Shown here: positions 45,773 through 59,300 of the stretch, one piece after another
How the letters are laid out: every line of letters begins with the position of its first letter
Position numbering within the stretch: position 1 is the stretch's first letter
Source of the DNA: Eledone cirrhosa
Lineage: Eukaryota
Assembly: GCA_964016885.1 (NCBI GenBank)
Contig: OZ024759.1
Span: 16,492,001-16,556,000 of the forward strand
DNA length: 64,000 bases
Direction: 5' to 3'
Notes under the pieces: model-generated
Seen by the model: the letters and a program-made list of their open reading frames with translations, nothing else
The model's database searches: none
What the model was told of the DNA's origin: nothing
Made by a program: the position numbers and the translations under genes

Positions 45773-47309
45773 TCATCATCATCATTTTATGTCCATTTTC
45801 CCACTATTGCATGGATTAGATGGGTCCTCTTCAGCACAGCATCTCTCCTCTCATCATGTTCCTTCATCATCTCCTCTGTGAGTCTCACCACCTCTGCACA
45901 GGTCTTCCATACTTTTCCTCTACTGCGGTTTTCTTACACTAGGATTTCCAGACACTTCTTCATCCAGTAATCATCATCCATGCACATCACATATCCATAT
46001 CAATGTAGTCCTCTCTCTAGCACACCATTTCGGATTCCTCTTAAACCCAGTTTCTCCCTCAGTTCATCCAAGCTTTGACTTTCTCTCACATTTACATTGC
46101 ACATCCAATGAAGCATGGCTACTTCATTTCTCTCCAGTCTATGCATGTACTGTGCAGTCACTGCCCATGTTTCACCACCATGCATCATCGCACTTTGTAC
46201 ACAGGTGTCACACTGTCATCCTTATGTACATAGAGAGAAACCATTTGTTGTCAACAAGAGGAGTAGCTCTCTAAACATCTTCCATCCTATCCTTATTCTA
46301 GCTATTATGCTTTGGGAGCATCCTCCTCCACTGTTAATTATGTCTTGTAGACAACACAAGCTATCAACTATTTCTATGGATCCTTCATGTGATTGGAAAA
46401 GGTTTATATCACTGATGCTCTTCTCTTTGATTACTACTGTGCATCTTCAACATACATTACTTTCCCGTCCTGTTCGTCTCACAGATATCCCGCTACATCT
46501 CTTGTGTATCCAAGATTTACATTGTGAACATCATATAGAGTTTATGTTTGTGTTAATGTTAAAGATGGACAAAAAAAAAAATGCTGTACAGTTATAATCT
46601 GGCTTTCAAACTCAAATTTCAGGCCTCCTCTCTGAAGAGACAAAAGCAAGGATCAGAAACTTCTGAAACAAGCAGCAGTAGCACATCTGATTCTAATACC
46701 TATTACGAGGATGACTTCAGCAGTTCAGAAGACAGCAGCGAAGAAGAAGGTTAGGTGTTTTTTTTATACAATAGTGTTTGCATGCATGCGTAATTCCGTA
46801 ACTTGTGAGGGAGTTGTAGGGGCGCCATACTAATATATGGCATCTCCAGGGCATTTTAAAATCTAGTGGACCCCCAAACCTCTCCAGATCTGAATACAGC
46901 AGATTTCTTCCAGAGAAGGAAAGAGAGAGTGGGAGAGTGAGAGAATGGAAATGAGGAAGAATGGAAATGAGTTATAGAGGAAGAACCGTCTAACCCATGC
47001 TAGCGTGGAAAATGGACGTTAAACGAAGATGATGATGATGATGATGAACTGACCCCAGTACTAGACTGGTGTATTTTTTATCGACCTCAAATGGATGAAA
47101 GGCATAGTTGACCTCTGCTCGATTTGAACTCGGAGAGCAGAGAGCCAGAACGAATACCACAAAGCATTCTATCTGACGTTCTAATGGCTCTGCCAATTTG
47201 CCATTATGGATCGTGTTTAATATTCCTTAACCCAAACCTCCTAAAACTCGCCCTGGTTTTATAGTACAAGGTTATTTGTTTTAAACTATTCATGTTTAAA
47301 TTTAAACCT

Positions 47310-47341
<32 letters not shown>

Positions 47342-50300
47342 CCTGTGGCCTCAGCCGAATTCGACTCAACAATTGATCTTCACGTGGGTCTGTCGTTCAT
47401 TGCCATTGCTAAGTCCTGGATTTCAATACCAGAATCTCTGGAGATGACATTGGGATAGGAGAGCTTGTGACCCCTGTTATTAGTGACACCAAAGCACTAG
47501 TGGGGACACAGCCTCACAGGTGGGTCGATGGCAGTGTCCAGCAAATGTTACTCTTCTTTTACGTACGATGACAGATATGCGTGGAATGCCGGCATATATT
47601 TAATTTAAAGTCAGATGTCGCCAGCTTATGTTCTGAATGTGTCAAAGTAGGTGAGTGTAGGTGCCATTAAGATGCTTTTGTTGTTTGAATGAAAGCATCC
47701 ATGTTTTACTGTTATATAGTAAGATTGATTTAATTGTTACTTGGAAGAATCTGATTTTGGTGTGGTTGGTCATATCTTATAGTTAATTATGTGAGCTCTT
47801 ACACAACTTATTAATTAAATAATATATTGCCAGTTCAATATCTTATAGTTAATTATGTAAGCTGTTAATTAACCTCTTAGACGAGATAACTCCTCCTAAC
47901 ATGTTTGAACTGATTTCCAACAGTTCATAACTTCAAAGCTAGATGGGGTTACTAGTTTATTGATGTGACTTTGACAATCACTCAGATATGTGTTGTTAAT
48001 AAATGTTTGTTTAAAGAAATAGTCATTTTACTGGAAAAAAAAAACCTAGACACAGCAACTGTAGCTGTGTAAAATATACGCAGCAGTCAACAAGTTTAAC
48101 AATATATCGCCAGTCCTATATCTTATAGTTAATTATGTGAGCTGTTACATAACTTATTAATTAACCCATTAGCATTTACATTACTCTATATATATACTAT
48201 TGTATTTTCACGGTAAACTCTTTACCTCACATAATTATCTCACATAATATTGGATCTATGAGATTTTGATAATATTTATTTTGAGAACAATACCTTAACA
48301 TAAGTATGAGTGGCCAATAACAGCTGGTTGAACAGAAAGAGGTGAGAGAACTCTGGCCGGATCAAGCCAGTTTAAATGTTAAAGGGTTAAACAATATATT
48401 ATCAACCCTATATCTTATAGTTAATTGTGTAACCTGCTTAATTATATGAGCTGTTACATAACTTATTAATTAAGCAATATATTGCCAGCTCTATATCTTA
48501 TAGTTAATTATGTAACCGACTTAATGATGTGAGCTGTTACATAACTTACTAATTAAACAAAATATTATCAGCCCTATATCTAATAGTTAATTATATAACC
48601 TGCCTAGTTATTATTGTTAATTGCGTTGTGTTATTGTTATGTTTGTGTTATAGTAGAAGATGATGAACCACTGTTAGGCTTATGGTTTGAAGAAACCCTC
48701 TCACCTACAGAGACAACTGATCGAGCTCCTTCACCACCCCCTGCCCCTACACAAGATGGAACTAGCAATGGAAAACGTTCTAGACAAGTTAGTGATGATG
48801 ACAGCAGACCAAATTTTATTCCTGACCGAAAAGAGCCAGATGGGGTGATTAACTGTTTTTATATTTATTTTTGTTGTTGTTCTAGTGTTGAGATCTTGTT
48901 TTGTTTTATAGTTAATATGAAGCATTGTGAAATATATAATAAGTAAATGATGAGAACTTCAGAAAGTCAGTACATCATCATTGTTTAATATCCACTTTTC
49001 CATGCTGGCATGGGTTAGACGAGTTATCCTGCTGTGAGCAATTCCAAGTGGGGTGACCATGTCTTGTTCATACAGAACTGATTTCTGCTTGGGTTCTACA
49101 GCTGGATGCTCTTCCTAGCGCCAACCTCATTTACAGTGAGTACTGGGTGCTTTTTGTTGTGACGCCTATGCGACCACTTTACAGTGTGGACTGGGTGCTT
49201 CTTCTTCGCCCACTTATTCATGAGGGGGTCATGGAGGCAGAGTTCTCAAACAATCCCTCCAGCAGGTCCTGTCAGAAGCAAGCGTCTTCAACTGATCTGG
49301 CTGGATAACCCAAGCGTGACCAGCCAATCTCATAGATGTTATCCAACCATCTTGCTCGAGGTCTACCCCTGGGTCTCCTACCTGTACAATCTGTCCAGCG
49401 ATCCTTTCCTGACACACACTAACACATGCCCATAGTATCGGAGCTGTGATCTGTAAAACCTTCTTTGCATTCATGATAAAATAGTTGTGTTGTAAACCAT
49501 TGATTCATTTTTCTATTAGTTATAGAATATTTTCTCTTTGTTCCAATTTGTAGTTTGTCCACTTAGCTGCAGATATATTAAACTTTATGAACCACTATTT
49601 TATCAATTCTGTCAATCCAGCTATACAGAAGCTTTTAAGGTAATTATTCGAGTTTTATTATTATTTAAAAAAATTATTATTCGGTTGTTGTTGTTTTTTG
49701 TTGTTTTTTTTTGTTGTTTTTTTTTGGAAAAAAACAAACAAATAGGCTATGCAACACACATCGCTATAGCGTTTCACCAGCCCCTTCCTTCAGTTGTCTG
49801 TATCTGTTTATATATTTACGTGTAGATGTGTGTGTATGTAACTAAATAGTAACATATGTTACGAATGGACGACTACATGATTTTAACTTGTTTTTTTAAC
49901 AATTGATGGTGGAAAAGATTTCAAATTGTCTTATCAATTGTCTTAACTCGAGCCGCAACTCATGGTGTCTGACACTCTTACCGGCTACATAGCCTCTTCC
50001 AAACAAAACAAAACAAAACAAAACAAAACAAAAACAAATACAGCTACAGGTGTGCTCTTTTACTTATTCCAGCTGACGTGGCTGAGGCCATGCTGGGCTA
50101 CCACCATGAGGCAGTACCGTGGTTGTGAAGTTAAGGAATCTGTTGGGGCACCACATGGCCAAGCAAGAGATATGTACATAGACAGAGAAAAGGGAATGAC
50201 ATGTGTTTTCGAGGTGAAAGAAATAGGTAGATAGACAGAAAGTTATGATGCCACCCTCATCTATATGGAGAGTGGGCGAGTCCCAAGCGAAAGAGATGTA

Positions 50301-53300
50301 CATCAATAGAGAGAGTAAAGGAACGTCTTATGTTTGGAGAGAGAGAGAGAGTGTGTGTGTGGGACAGAAAGAAGGAGACATCACTTTGATCTAGTAGTAA
50401 TAATAATAATTTCTACTTTTGACACAAGGCCAGTAATAACCCAGTGAATTACTGGTACTTTATTTTATCGACCCCGTAAGGATGAAAGGCAAAGTTAACT
50501 GCGGCGGGATGCTCCCAAGACTTACAAATATATACAGCATACAGAAGACATTGTACACATATTACGAAAAATACTACACTGCACATACCCAAGGTACACA
50601 GAGCTGTGCTCGGTAAAGCAGTAATGATGCGCAATAAAAATAAAAATAATGGAAATAATAATAATAATTTGAACAAAATTTCATATTTTCAGGGAGGCTT
50701 TGAATGAAGAACACATGTCTAACCTTTCTTTGGTTATCAAAGAACTGGATAAAGAATGCTGTCGGTCTGGGTCAGGTGAGTCTTTAAACTTTAGTCATAG
50801 AAATAAAGTATTGCCTTAACTTTTAAACATTCTGCAATGCTTTCGCGGAAAAATGTCTCAAAACACTTTTGTTAATTCAGATGTGTTTAGTATCTTTACT
50901 AGTAGACAAGTTTTAGTGAAATTTTGCAGTATTAGTAAAAACTCTTTTGATACCAAACCATCTAAAGCAGTCGTTGCCAACCGGTGGCCCAAGAGAAAAT
51001 TTTGGTAATCCGCAGAAAAATTATTTTTATGTTTTATTAATAATAAAACAAAAAATCAACAGTAATAAAAAATATGATAACAAATGGATTAAATTTTTAA
51101 TATTTACTTTAAAAAAACCTTCCATAATTTTATGTAAGAAAGTTTGTTAGGTGCCAAACACCTACTTAGTAGTGAGAAATTATTTCTATTACTAAGTTCC
51201 TCGAAATTCTTGAAGATTTTCAAATTAATTAAAAATTATAGGCAGTTTATTTCATTAGCAATATAGTAACAAAAAGATTAAAGTGTTTATATTTATCTAA
51301 AATTCTTCCATCATAATTTTATGTAAAAACCTAATGAATAAGAAGATTAATTAGTCATACTACTAAGTTGCTCCAAATATTTTCTGATTTCCAAATTAAT
51401 TGAAAATCAGAGGCAGTGTCTATCATTAGAAATATGGTAACAAAAGGGTTAAAGTAAATATATTTTTTACATTTTCTGATTCTATTTATTTTTATAAAAA
51501 AGGTGTCTTTGCTAAAATTTCTTTCATTTTTTTTTAATTCTAGACCGCACCTATGAAGAACTATCAGTGGCTTTGGCCAAATTTAACCACAGTTTAGTAG
51601 CAACAGGTTCACTGTCAGATAATTTGCAGGTGATTATCATATTTAGAATATTTCTTTTGTGTCTGAAGCTGTTGTTTTAACACTCTATCTTCTCTTTCTC
51701 TCTGTCACCTATATATATGGATGGATAGGCAGAAGCTCATTACAATATATTTATATATCATTTGTACATTATTATATGTACTATACATGCATCTTTGATG
51801 GGTTGTAGTGTACCTGAACACTGTAAATAATTTTCATTATTTTATATATTTATATATACATATATAAAATAATGAAAATTGTTTAGTGTGTGTGTGTGGG
51901 GGTTCTTCAGCTGTGTCAACAACGTGACAACTTCATTAGTGTTGGTGCCATCATAAAATGTTGTATGTCGGGGGCCCTCCAACCAACATTGATGTCAGTT
52001 GCTTCACTTGAGTACTGACTGATTTGTGACAACATATCTAACCCTTGCTAGCAGAGAAAATGGATGCTAAACAATGATAGTGATACTTATCATCATTTTA
52101 TATCTGTTTTCCAATGCTTGCTTGGATTTAAAAAAACACAAAAAACCCAAATAACAGGGGTCTTAACCCCCAAATATCATAAAATGTAAGGTAAAAGCAT
52201 AAACTATTGTTTTGTTTATTCTACTCTAGTTTTCACTTATGTATATCTAACTTGCATTGTACCAGCTTTCCACATCCTATCCACAGACACAGTTTTTTTT
52301 CTTTCAGGCTATCTGTTCTTTGTCTTTCATGCATATTCTTCACATTACACATCCAATTGTTGTTTCCAGACTATTTTCTGATTTAAATTTTTACATTCCA
52401 GGATTGTCTTCTAATTAGTTTGGGAGTAAACCCCAACAGCTCCGATGCCTGGCCATTAACTGTATATCCCCGCACACTGGCAGTTCTTTCAGAAGTTATT
52501 CTTCTGCGGCAACAGAAAGAAAGAGAAACCTCCCCCAAAATCATCCGGAGTATTACTGAGGTTCAAGTGATGAATATATGGGCTCGCTTCACCCTTACCC
52601 TGAAACAAGCTATTTTAAACTTTGATAACAAAATTGATCAATTTGAAGGTTAGTAGAATTTCATTCATTTTTTTTTTTTTTTTCTCTTTTTAGTTCTGCA
52701 CAATTTTGTTGTTAAAATCTGAGTTGTACAATCTGAAACAATCTTTGGTTGGCCAGTAACTCTATCGGCTTAACTATTTGATATCAAACTATCCAAAAGC
52801 ACTCCTGGTTGTTTGATAAGAAACTTTTTAAAATGTTTATATTTACCTAAAAAACCCCCCATCAGATTAATTTATTTGATACATGGAGGCACATGGCTTA
52901 GTGGTTAGAGCATTGGGTTTGCAATCGAAAGGTTGTGAGTTCAATTCTCAGACCGGGTGATGTGTTGTTTCCTTGAGCAAGACACTTTATTTCACATTGC
53001 TCCAGTTTACTCAGCTGTAGAAATGAGATGATAGGGACTGGGGTCCATATCATTCCACTGCTAAGTGGTCGTGGAGGTGCCACGGCAAAAAAGCACCCAG
53101 CCCTCACTGTAAAGTGGATGTGTAGGCGCCACGGAAAAAAAGCACCCAGCACTCACTGTAAATGACGTTGGTGTTAGGAAGGGCATCCAGCTGTAGGAAT
53201 CAAGCCAGAATCAGTTCCCGGAAAAGTGGACGTAAAAATGATGATGATGATGATGAACCACCTGAAATCACCCTTGGTTGTCTGATATGAAACTTCCCAT

Positions 53301-55844
53301 TAGCTTAACTGTTTGATACGAAACCACCTAAAATCACCTCTGGTTGTCTAAGAAACTGTTTTAAAGTGTCTGTAGTGATCTAAAAACCTCCCATCATAAT
53401 TTTATATAAGAACTTTTATTAAGATATTTCTTAACACTAGCTTAATTATTTGATGCAAATCACCTGCAACGACTCCTGGTTTTAAAATACAAAACTGTTT
53501 GTTTTAAAGTGTTCATATTTATTTAAAACCCTTCCATCATAATTTTATGCAGGAACCTTTAAGATGTGTCCTTAACGCTTGTTAAATAATGAGAAAGTTA
53601 GAGGTCAACTTTGCCTTTTGTGCTTTTAGGGGGCTTGATAAAACACCAGTCCAGGGGGCTGGTGGATTGACAGAATTGTTAGAGTCAGATGCTTTGCAGT
53701 ATCTGTTCCAGCTCGGTTTGTTCTGAGACAAATCCTACCTCTTTCTGGCAGATAATATCTGCAATGGATAGAAGTCCAATGGAAATACTGACACATTGGT
53801 CTGGTCTGTGGATTAGCTTGTTTCTATTTTGATTTGGCTTGGTGCATTCTGAGTTTAAACCCTACCTCCTCTCTGGAGTTGTAACCAGCAGATAGTATGA
53901 GCAATGTAGATGACCAGTAGGAATGTAGTTTCCTTGGTCCAATCTAACAATCAGCTCCTTTCACTTCCTATTTTTTTTTTTTTTTCTGAAAAACCTGCAT
54001 TGGTGTGAGCTGTATGATATGCCAGGGCTCCTTTTACACCCCAAAATCCTTCTATGAAATGCAACTTTGTTGGAAGTCAGCTAAACGTGTATTAATGTGA
54101 GCTGTAATATGTGTGTATGATATGCCTGGGGCTCTTATTAAAACACCCTAAGAAACCTCCTATGAAATGTAACCTTGTTGGAAGTAGAGTTAAACATGCA
54201 CAGGTGTGGATTGTAAATTTAATTGTATTTCTTTTAATTTCTCCTTTGTAGATGTCAATGTGGAACATTTGCAGGTACTCCTGTTCCTATTCCACAGCTT
54301 GCCTCTGATGCAGAAGAAGTCACTACTATTACAACTAGCTGAACATCTTATTACGATCTCACAGGTAGATCACAGGTAAATGATACTTTAGAAATACATG
54401 TGCATTTTTATTTTTTAAATTTTATTTAATTTTTTTTTGGGGGGGGTTGTAAAATCTTGAGGCACTATTGCAAAGTGTTCTAGATAAAATAAGTTCAACT
54501 AAATTCTCCAAAGCTCATATATTGTGGTTGCTTTGATAAAGCCTTTTGAGACCAATCCACCTGAAATCACCTTTCTTTCTAGCATTAACCCTTTAGCATT
54601 TACATTACTCTATATATATATATATACTATCACATTTTCACTGAAAAGGATTTACCTCGCATTATTATCTCACATAATGGTAGATTGGCAGTATCAGTAG
54701 AGGGTCGGACGCCATGCTTTGCAGCAAAGAGTTACGGCCCTTTACGGTCTGAGTACAAATCCCGCCGAGGTTAACTTTGCCTTTCATCCTTACGGGGTCG
54801 ATAAAATAAAGTACCAGTAATACACTGGGATAACTGTTGGCCTTGTGCCAAAAGTAGAAACAATTACTTTCTCACATAATATCGAATCTATGAGATTTTG
54901 ATATTATTTATTTTGAGAACAACACCTTAACATCATTATGAGTGGCCAGTTACAGCTGGTTTGAACAGAAAAAAGGTGAGAGAATTCTGGCCAGATTTGG
55001 CCAGTTTAAATGCTGATGGGTTAAATCATCATCATAATCATCGTTTTTAAATCCACTTTTCCATGCTGGCATGGGTTGGATGGCATGTTTTGAGACAATG
55101 TTTTACAACCAGATGCTTTTCCTGATGCTGGCTCTTTTGGTTACCTCTTAGAACACGCAGGGATACAATGTACCTAGTCTAAAATGGTTTATATTTGTCT
55201 CGCTTATGTATGGTCTCACATTCTACTGCATGCACAGGAAAGGTTGTCATGTATATATATATAATAAAATATGTCCATAGAATCATTTGATAAGATATAT
55301 ACACCATCTCCTCTCCCAATCAGCATAATCAACCACACAAAAAAACCAATTAAACCAGGCTATAAGATTAAAAGGCACCCATGAAGAAATAATAGATAAA
55401 TAAACGACAGCCATCTATTCGCGATCAACATCTATAGAATATTTACCCAACATTTCAATAGCACGTGGAAATCGATTAAATATATCGTCAACCATACACA
55501 ATTAGGTATAAAATCAAAGTTAGAAGAAAAAATGTATATAAACATACCAAAATTACGTTTCTACCCCATGGGGTTTCATTTGCTTTTGGAAATATCCGAT
55601 CAAGGAAAAATTCACGAGCTTCGAAATCATCAGGAAACAAACTCACTTGGAACTATTTCTACCAAACTCATCCCATGGACTGAGTGCTCTACTACTGCGA
55701 ATATACCAATGTTCTACCACTATATATATGAATATATATGTTTGTTTTTGAAAGAGCGAACAAGTTTGAAATTAGAAATAGAAGCTTTCGCCTGATAGTG
55801 GCGTTTAGAACCCTCTAAGAAATGGAAAAAGATGAGTATTGACG

Positions 55845-55885
<41 letters not shown>

Positions 55886-56278
55886 ATTTACATATACATA
55901 AAGTCACAGATATATATGTGGCAACCGGTCACGATGTGGCTCAATGAAGAATATTTAGTCAGTTTCTACATGCTGTTCAAATGTTGGGTAAATACTCTAT
56001 TGTGGTCACCGTGAAGAGGCCGCTTTCGGTTATTTATCAAATATTTCTTCATAGGAGCCTTTATTCTTATAGCTTGGTCTAATTGATTTTTTATATGGTT
56101 AATTATGCTAATTGGGAGAGGAAATGGTATATATTTTATCTAATAATTCTAAGGACATGATTTATGATATATATATATATATAAAATGTATTATGTGTGG
56201 TATAAGTGTATGTATATTTAGAGTAGTTATCAAATGTGAATAGACTGGTTGGATCAATTACGGTCATGTTTATGTGTA

Positions 56279-56340
<62 letters not shown>

Positions 56341-59300
56341 TACACTATTTCTTCTATTTACAGTAAACTGGTTGGTTCTGTACCACTTCCTCTGTCCCGT
56401 CTGATGCTGGTTTTTGATTATTTTGTGCACTATTTCTATGATCCACCTGCTGTCCTCATTGATCAGGTGAGAACACCTTTTGTTTTTATTTACTTTTTAC
56501 TTTTATGAAGAATCAGCTTCTGTAATCTAAAGTCTAATGTCTGCCTTGAGGCCAGATGCTCATCAGGCTTGTGCTTTTCCTGGTTTCTGAGGCATGAAGC
56601 GACTGAGAGTACAAGACTTCCCCCTGGACAGGACACCAGTCCATCGCAGGGTTAAACTCCCAGCTACTGCTGGTACTCGTTTCCAGCTGAGTATACTGGA
56701 GTAACGTGAAATGATGTGTTTTGCTCAAGAACACAACACACAACCCAGTGCAGGAATCAAACCCACAACATTATGATCATAAGACCAACACCCTTACCAC
56801 TAGGCCTTGCACCTCCATACAGCTTCCATAATAATTGCTAGTAAATCATCATATGTCCACTTTCCCTACTAACAAGTCCAAATATTTATGATGTATAATT
56901 TCAGGTACAATGGAACCTTTTCACGGTCCATACACTTGGTCAAGCAGGGGACAGAGATGCAAGTTTACCAAGAGCAAGCCAATTTTTTCCATGCAGGGAT
57001 GTTGAAGGAAATTTTCGTAAAAATCTGAGCCCCCAAGAAGCCACAGAAGGTAAGTCCCTACTATATTATTTATATTGTAAGCTTTACACGCACAGACTGG
57101 CACACACACAGTCTGATGTACACAAACACACACAGACTAAAATACTCACATACTGATATATACACATACCCAGACTGACACATACACATTCACAGACTGG
57201 CACACAGAGACAGACACACTACCAGCACTGTTTCTTTTCAGAATATACTTGGTGCATTTTATTATGGCACCAACACTACCACTTCACAAAGTATAATGGG
57301 TACATTTTATCATGTTACCAGCCCCATCACTCAAGTGTACTGGGTGTATTTTATACTGGTATCAGCACTGTCACTTTACAGACTGGATGGGTGCATTTTG
57401 TAGTGGTACCAGTCATGTTACTTTACAGAGTGTACTGTGCCTTTTATATTGGCACCAGCACTAATACTTTACAGCATGAGCTAGGTGCATTTTATAGTGG
57501 TACCAGCACTTAAACTAATTGTATTGGCCATTTAAAAGGAATTTCAATCCCAACTTCTAAAAATCGATTTTGACATAAATAAGAAATCAGTAAATGATTA
57601 TTTTTTGTAACCTCTTTTTTTCCCTAGTTGGTGTTTTCTACCCTCGTTTTTACAATTTGGGCCCTACAGAGTTGCACATGCAAGACACTCCAAAAGTAGA
57701 TGGCCTGGTAAGTTCTATTTCATCATCATCACCATTTAATGTCTGTTGTCCATGCCAGTATGTGTTGGGCAGGCTGTCACTCGACAGATCAGGTACTATG
57801 TCTTGCTTGTATGTTCCATTTTTAGCATTTAAACCGGTTGTATCCAACCAGAGTTCTCTCACCTCTTTTTGTCCAAACCTGCTGCAACTGGCCACTCATA
57901 CCAATGTCAAGACATTGTTCTCAAAATAAATAATATCCGAATCTCATAGATTCAATATTATGTGTGATATTATGAGAGATAAAGCCTTTACTGTGAAAAT
58001 ACATTAGTAAATATAGAGTAATGTAAATGCTAAAGGGTTAAAGTGTGTATTGGGAGCTTTTTGTCATGACTCCAGCTCTACCATCTTACAGCTCATATGC
58101 TCCATTTCAGGATTAGTTTTTTATGGCTGGATGTCCTTCCTTAAACTGACTTTACAGAGTGGACTGACTGATTTTTGTCGTGGCAACAGCACTACTACCT
58201 TACAGTGTGGGCAGTGTGCTTTTTGTTGTGGTTCCAGCACTATAACCTTACAGAGTGGACTGGGTGCTTTTTGTCATCCATAAAAGATAGGTTGCCTTTA
58301 TTATGGCTTAACAAAATCCACATTTCTTCCATACAAGTGTATATTCAGAGTGACTGTTCTCCCTGAGGGGTTGCATTCTTTCACTATGGCATACGGTCCA
58401 CATCCGCTCCAAGCAAGTATTTATTCAGAATGACTGTACATCCAACCCATATTGGCATTGAAAAGGGGATGGAAAATTTGGGGTTTCAGTTTAGTAGGTA
58501 GGTGGCCGTAAAAGCCAAAGTCGTTATCTTCAATTCAGTCTTTGTGCCAACCCTCACCTATGGTCATGAATCTTGGGTAATGACTGAAGAAATATGATCG
58601 CGAATACAAGCGGCCGAAATAGGATTCCTCCTAAGGGTCTTTTGAGTAACGTTACTCGATAAAGTGTGTAACTTGGAGATCAGTGAGTCACTCCAGGTAG
58701 AACTGCTATTTCTCTGAATTGAGAGATCACAGCTCTGGTACTATGGGCATGTGGTTAGAATGTCTCACAATTTTTATGAGCGAAACCAACCAGCAAGAGA
58801 CCCAGGGGTAGATCCTGAGCAAGATGGTTGGATAACATCCATGAGCTTGGCTGGACTCGCTTGGGTATTTAGCTGGATCAGTTGGAGACGATTGCTTCTG
58901 ACAGGACCCACTGGAAGGAGTGTTTGAGGACTCTGCTCCTCTCAGGAGTAAGTGGGCAAAGAAGGTTTCAGTTTAGTATAGGATGTAAAAAATGTTTTTT
59001 TCTTTTCTTTTTTTTGTTATGATAATTTTGTGGATGTTTTCTCAAAATTTTCTTTCTGGGATTCTTGTAAAATTTCTTGTATTTTTTTTTTTTTTAACCT
59101 ATTCAGGCTTGTAGTTTCCTACTATCCAGTACTGAAACCGTCAGTTACAACAAATTATATGAAGCATGTATTGTTTTATTAATGGCCGGATCCAAGTGTG
59201 ATAAAGTGTTGGAAAAACTAACCTTATTGGTAAGAACTAAGAAGTTTCATTTATAGACATCACTTGATGTTAATAGTTAATAAAAGGCGGCGGAATGGCA

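Noticed and set aside
49966-50005. Possible fourth hammerhead on the minus strand (uguuu-GGAAGA-ggcuauguagcc-GGUAA-gagug-UC-agaca)
   Set aside because: Both core boxes deviate from CUGANGA and GAAA. At best it is a decayed relic and cannot be supported as a ribozyme.
54361-54370. Alternative donor CAG|GTAGAT at 54364 in UBR4 exon 17
   Set aside because: It would be phase 0, incompatible with the phase-2 start of the next exon at 56364. The donor at 54375 restores the frame.
55938-56059. Imperfect inverted repeat with a hammerhead-like AUGAAGA..GAAA-gcggcc-UC on the minus strand
   Set aside because: The first core C is missing and no stem I pairing is found. Noted only as possibly part of the same remnant class.
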